Source: an uncultured virus (IMG/VR IMGVR_UViG_3300010885_003647)
Taxonomy: Duplodnaviria > Heunggongvirae > Uroviricota > Caudoviricetes
DNA length: 20,000 nucleotides
Reading direction: 5' to 3' (one strand)
IMG/VR virus record: IMGVR_UViG_3300010885_003647
A program made the translations under genes and the position numbers. Below the pieces are notes generated by a model, which did no database searches, was not told the DNA's origin, and saw only the letters and a list, made by a program, of their open reading frames with translations. Position 1 is the stretch's first letter. The number at the start of each line of letters is the position of its first letter. This document shows positions 16,970 to 20,000 of the stretch, piece after piece.

Positions 16970-18516
16970 CCCTCATCTTGAATTATATTTTTATAAAGAT
17001 CAATCATTTTTGTATGTATGTCTACCTTACCCTGCAACATCTTATACATTCTTTTTTCTACAGGGGAACCCTGCAAATGAACTACTGTGCAAGGATTATG
17101 TTGCCCTGCACGATGCACCCGAGCGTTAGCTTGAAGGTACGTTTCAACGGAAGTAATAGGGGAAAACCATACTACTAAGTTAGCGGCAGTTAGTGTTACT
17201 CCGTGTGCGGCGGCTTGTGGTTGTATTACTAGAATCTTTGGGTTAGGTTCTGTTTGGAATCTAGCGAAAATGTCTGTGCGATTACCTGCTGATACTGAGC
17301 CATTTATAATCTCTGCGGTATATCCTGACTTTCTCAATTCTTCTGTAACAATCTCAATAGCATGTCGGTAGGGAACAAATATTAGCACCTTATGACTAGC
17401 CTCGTCAATCACTTCTTTTAGTGCGCTAATCCTGTTGGAAGCATCGAACTCAACTACCTCTCCACTATCCGAATAGACTGCACCACATGAAAGCTGGAGT
17501 AATTTATTCAAGTTTGCGGCAGCATTAACTGTAGTGATTTCTTCCCCAGCGGCTACGGCTAACATGTTCTTTCTAATGATTTCATAATACTTTTCTTGCT
17601 GCTGAGTAAGCGGAACGTCACGCGTTACATAAGTCATATCAGGTAGGTCTAGACACTCGTCTTTGGTAAACCGTATTGCAGGTTGTAGTACTGTGTGTAT
17701 TGTTTTCTCTGAACTAGGTTTTGGAACCCATTTAAACTGGGTTAGTTTGAACATCACCATGTCCCTGAAAGAACCGTAGAACTTAGGTACTGACTGTGGG
17801 TTAACTAATCTTGCTAGTCCGTATGCGTCTGTTGGTGACTGAGAAGCTGGTGTGCCTGTAAGCATCCATAACCAAGTGTGTGGTTTGATTATAGAGTTTA
17901 GTATCTTCCAACGTGTTGTAGATACCGTCTTGTATGCGTTAGCTTCGTCTATAACAATAAGGTCAAAGTCCCCAGCGATTACGGCATCCTTGATAATCCC
18001 TAAGCCATCGTAGTTACATATAACAAACTCAGCATCACCTTCTACTGCTTGGATTCGCTTCTCTCTTGAATAACTATGGGCTATGGAACAAGTGCGGTGC
18101 ATAGCAAACCTAAACAAATCATTCTGCCAAGCCGACTGCATAATAGATAGAGGGCAAAGAACTAAGACTCGTTTAATCATACCTACCTTCATTAGGTAAT
18201 CAGCCGCCCATATCACGCTACCTGTCTTGCCAGTACCTTGCTCGTTAAAACAAAATGCACGGCGGTGTAGGGTTAGGAACTCAGCGGTAGTACGCTGGTG
18301 GTCAAATGGTTTGTAGAGTCCAGGCCAATCGTAATGCGCTCTAATGGGGGAGGGTACACCACGCAGTTTTAGGTTCTTTAGTATTTGGGCTTCTTCTAGT
18401 CCCCAGTTTACCAATACCTCACCTGTGTCGAGCAACTTGCTCTTTGGGATTATCGTGGTAATGCGGTTAGGCTCACGTACTTTAACTAATAAAGCCTTGT
18501 TATCTATGATTTCCAA
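16966..18516 (-). CDS. SNF2-family (SF2) helicase; probable TTG start at 18516
   Basis: Motif I NEQGTGKT, motif II IVIDEAN, motif III LTGTP, motif V HGVTLTAA, motif VI QANARVHRAGQ. GGAGAAGAGA lies immediately before TTG 18516, matching the RBS of neighbouring genes; the track start at 18543 lacks an SD. Confidence 0.88.
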   Translation of the reverse strand: MEIIDNKALLVKVREPNRITTIIPKSKLLDTGEVLVNWGLEEAQILKNLKLRGVPSPIRAHYDWPGLYKPFDHQRTTAEFLTLHRRAFCFNEQGTGKTGSVIWAADYLMKVGMIKRVLVLCPLSIMQSAWQNDLFRFAMHRTCSIAHSYSREKRIQAVEGDAEFVICNYDGLGIIKDAVIAGDFDLIVIDEANAYKTVSTTRWKILNSIIKPHTWLWMLTGTPASQSPTDAYGLARLVNPQSVPKFYGSFRDMVMFKLTQFKWVPKPSSEKTIHTVLQPAIRFTKDECLDLPDMTYVTRDVPLTQQQEKYYEIIRKNMLAVAAGEEITTVNAAANLNKLLQLSCGAVYSDSGEVVEFDASNRISALKEVIDEASHKVLIFVPYRHAIEIVTEELRKSGYTAEIINGSVSAGNRTDIFARFQTEPNPKILVIQPQAAAHGVTLTAANLVVWFSPITSVETYLQANARVHRAGQHNPCTVVHLQGSPVEKRMYKMLQGKVDIHTKMIDLYKNIIQDEG

Positions 18517-18540
18517 TCTCTTCTCCAATAGGAATACCAC

Positions 18541-18733
18541 CAAAACCGTAGTTTTGATTTATTATAAGTAGCACCTTACGGGTGCTATTCGGTTGTCTCT
18601 CTGTCCAAGGAAGAAAATGCCCCGTGAAGGGAAAACATTTAATTAACAGCGACAACTGATATGGTTATATTGGGCGAGTATCGGACCCTGTTGCTAACAC
18701 TCATACCTTACTTCACAACAATACCACAACAAC
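18541..18733 (-). other. Structured intergenic leader with several hairpins
   Basis: CAAAAC-UACG-GUUUUG (18556-18541), UAGCACC-CGUAA-GGUGCUA (18587-18569), and long-range GUUGUC/GACAAC (18656-18651 with 18597-18592). Confidence 0.45.
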
Positions 18734-19048
18734 TTATTTCTTCTTACGTTCTTTAGTGCTTATCTCAGAAACTAAATTACCTTTTGAATCTCGTTTAAAG
18801 CTACGGTTCTTAGCGGCAGATTGAATCACTACGCCGTTCTTATTTGAACCACCTTTGTCTAATGCTTTCTTGTGGGCTACGTCTTTACCTTCTCGCTTGT
18901 CTGCTTTACCGTTCCCATTAGCATCCTTACCTGTCTTATCAATTGCTCGTCTAGCACGCTGACGCTCCATGCGTCGTGGATGCTCTCCACGCTTTTTCTC
19001 CATGTCGTATTCATGGTCGTAAGGTCTAGGTGTTTTAGTGTACGGCAT
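18734..19048 (-). CDS. Small basic HNH-like endonuclease-family protein (104 aa); start revised to 19048
   Basis: MPYTKTPRPY start with GGGAGAA SD and a TAATG overlap with the upstream stop. DVAHKKALDKGGSN...SAAKNRS resembles an HNH (H-N-N) motif. Confidence 0.65.
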   Translation of the reverse strand: MPYTKTPRPYDHEYDMEKKRGEHPRRMERQRARRAIDKTGKDANGNGKADKREGKDVAHKKALDKGGSNKNGVVIQSAAKNRSFKRDSKGNLVSEISTKERKKK

Positions 19049-19719
19049 TAGTGGTTTCTCCCATTGTGTTCGCAGTCGGTTACTGAGCACCAAGCACGAC
19101 AAGAAAAATTGGGCTTCTTATTCCATACATCATTTAAGATAGCGGCTTCCAAGCGTTTAGTATCTTCTAACCATTTGCTCCAGTAGACACCCTGACTATC
19201 TTGCTCGTAATTGGCTTTAATCAAGTCGTCTGCTACAACAAATAATAACCCAGCTTTGACCTTTTTGACTTGTGGGAAGTGCTTAAAAAGGGCTAGAGAA
19301 AGTATCTCCAACTGCTGTGTATCGGCATATTTAGAGGATTTTCCTGTCTTATAGTCAATGATATAGGCTTTATCTTCGTTAAGGATTATTAGGTCAGCTA
19401 CCCCCCGCCACCATACTTCTTTGTCAAAGAACCCACAAGGTTCTAGATTGCGGGTTAACCCTAGCTTTTCTTCGCACAACTTATCTCCTGGCAGAGATTT
19501 GAGTTTATCTAGGTGGGGTTTTACAAAAGCGTACTTCTCAGGAATTGGTGTACCCTTCCCTATGTAGTCTTCAGCCGCCTTATGTACTTCCAGTCCGTAA
19601 CTCAAATGCTCTGTTGGAGGGTCAGTAATGTCCTTTACCACCCGCAAGCGGTAATACTTGTGGGGGCATTGTTTAAAAAGACTCAGGGAGGAGTACGACC
19701 AATTATATTTGACTGTCAT
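19048..19719 (-). CDS. PD-(D/E)XK exonuclease, Cas4/RecB-like
   Basis: WSYSSL...CP, G..VH, RGVADL and IIDYKTGK catalytic motifs. The C-terminal C-x3-C-x4-C plus the N-terminal Cys form a Cas4/AddB-like Fe-S staple pattern. Confidence 0.85.
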   Translation of the reverse strand: MTVKYNWSYSSLSLFKQCPHKYYRLRVVKDITDPPTEHLSYGLEVHKAAEDYIGKGTPIPEKYAFVKPHLDKLKSLPGDKLCEEKLGLTRNLEPCGFFDKEVWWRGVADLIILNEDKAYIIDYKTGKSSKYADTQQLEILSLALFKHFPQVKKVKAGLLFVVADDLIKANYEQDSQGVYWSKWLEDTKRLEAAILNDVWNKKPNFSCRAWCSVTDCEHNGRNH

Positions 19720-20000
19720 TTAGTTCTCGGTAACTGTCCGCTAAATCCGTAAGTGCCAGTATGCGTGAAGGTTGCCCAAGGTGCGGCATAGACTTTGATA
19801 CCATTCTTTCTAGCTAAAGCGCAGAAGTGGTAGTCCTCAGATAACAAGCGTTTTGATTCATGGTCAATACTTGTAGTGAAGTACTCTTTAATGATCTTAA
19901 CCTTACGCTCTGTGTCTACTGCATGAAACATGTCATTATGGTAGGAAGGTACTTTGTCGGCTAACTGCTCAAAAACTTCACGCTTAATTAACATGAAGCC
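19716..20000 (-). CDS. GT-A fold (GT2-like) glycosyltransferase-family protein, C-terminal part, truncated by the window edge
   Basis: The frame is open to 20000 (GFMLIKREVFE...). LSEDYHFC and the downstream THTG are typical GT2 C-terminal motifs. 4-nt overlap with the nuclease gene. Confidence 0.65.
   Translation of the reverse strand, partial: GFMLIKREVFEQLADKVPSYHNDMFHAVDTERKVKIIKEYFTTSIDHESKRLLSEDYHFCALARKNGIKVYAAPWATFTHTGTYGFSGQLPRTK

Noticed and set aside
18517..18543. Track start of the SNF2 helicase at 18543
   Set aside because: It has no SD and lies at a hairpin edge; GGAGAAGAGA-TTG at 18516 matches neighbouring genes.
19049..19102. N-terminal extension of the HNH-like ORF given in the track
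   Set aside because: It overlaps the nuclease's Cys-rich C-terminus; the SD and TAATG coupling support the start at 19048.
19048..19719. Cas4-like nuclease as evidence of a CRISPR-Cas system
   Set aside because: No repeat-spacer array or other cas genes in the window; solo Cas4-like exonucleases are common in phage replication modules.
1..20000. tRNA, rRNA, integrase/att sites, IS elements, alternative genetic code
   Set aside because: None recognised. The long ORFs are intact under the standard code and TAA, TAG and TGA are all used as stops.

Overview
This window is a 20 kb segment of a tailed dsDNA bacteriophage with podovirus-like organisation and two convergent arms. The + arm (1-12216) is the end of the virion morphogenesis operon. 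It encodes the C-terminal part of a tail tube/stabilisation protein, a small beta-rich virion protein, three low-complexity putative ejection proteins that share an AxGG motif, and a 1890-aa polyvalent ejection-type protein with a zincin HExxH motif and an LPD38-like C-terminus. The - arm (20000-12285) is a replication/recombination module: partial GT2-like glycosyltransferase, Cas4-like PD-(D/E)XK nuclease, small HNH-like protein, SNF2 helicase, a coiled-coil protein, a putative SSB, an HTH protein, a primase-DUF927 helicase fusion and a small protein. The most interesting signals are absent from the ORF track. (1) A stem-loop plus terminator at the convergence point (12215-12281, - strand) displays a loop complementary to the GGAGAAGA ribosome-binding sites of the phage's own replication genes. 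(2) A c4-like structured RNA in the primase leader has a loop complementary to two sites at the primase start. (3) A 58-codon gene with a strong Shine-Dalgarno is overprinted inside the giant protein gene (8318-8494). (4) A structured ~215-nt leader precedes the SNF2 helicase. Together these suggest RNA-based control of the replication operon. All family assignments are from motif recognition by eye; no searches or folding programs were run.
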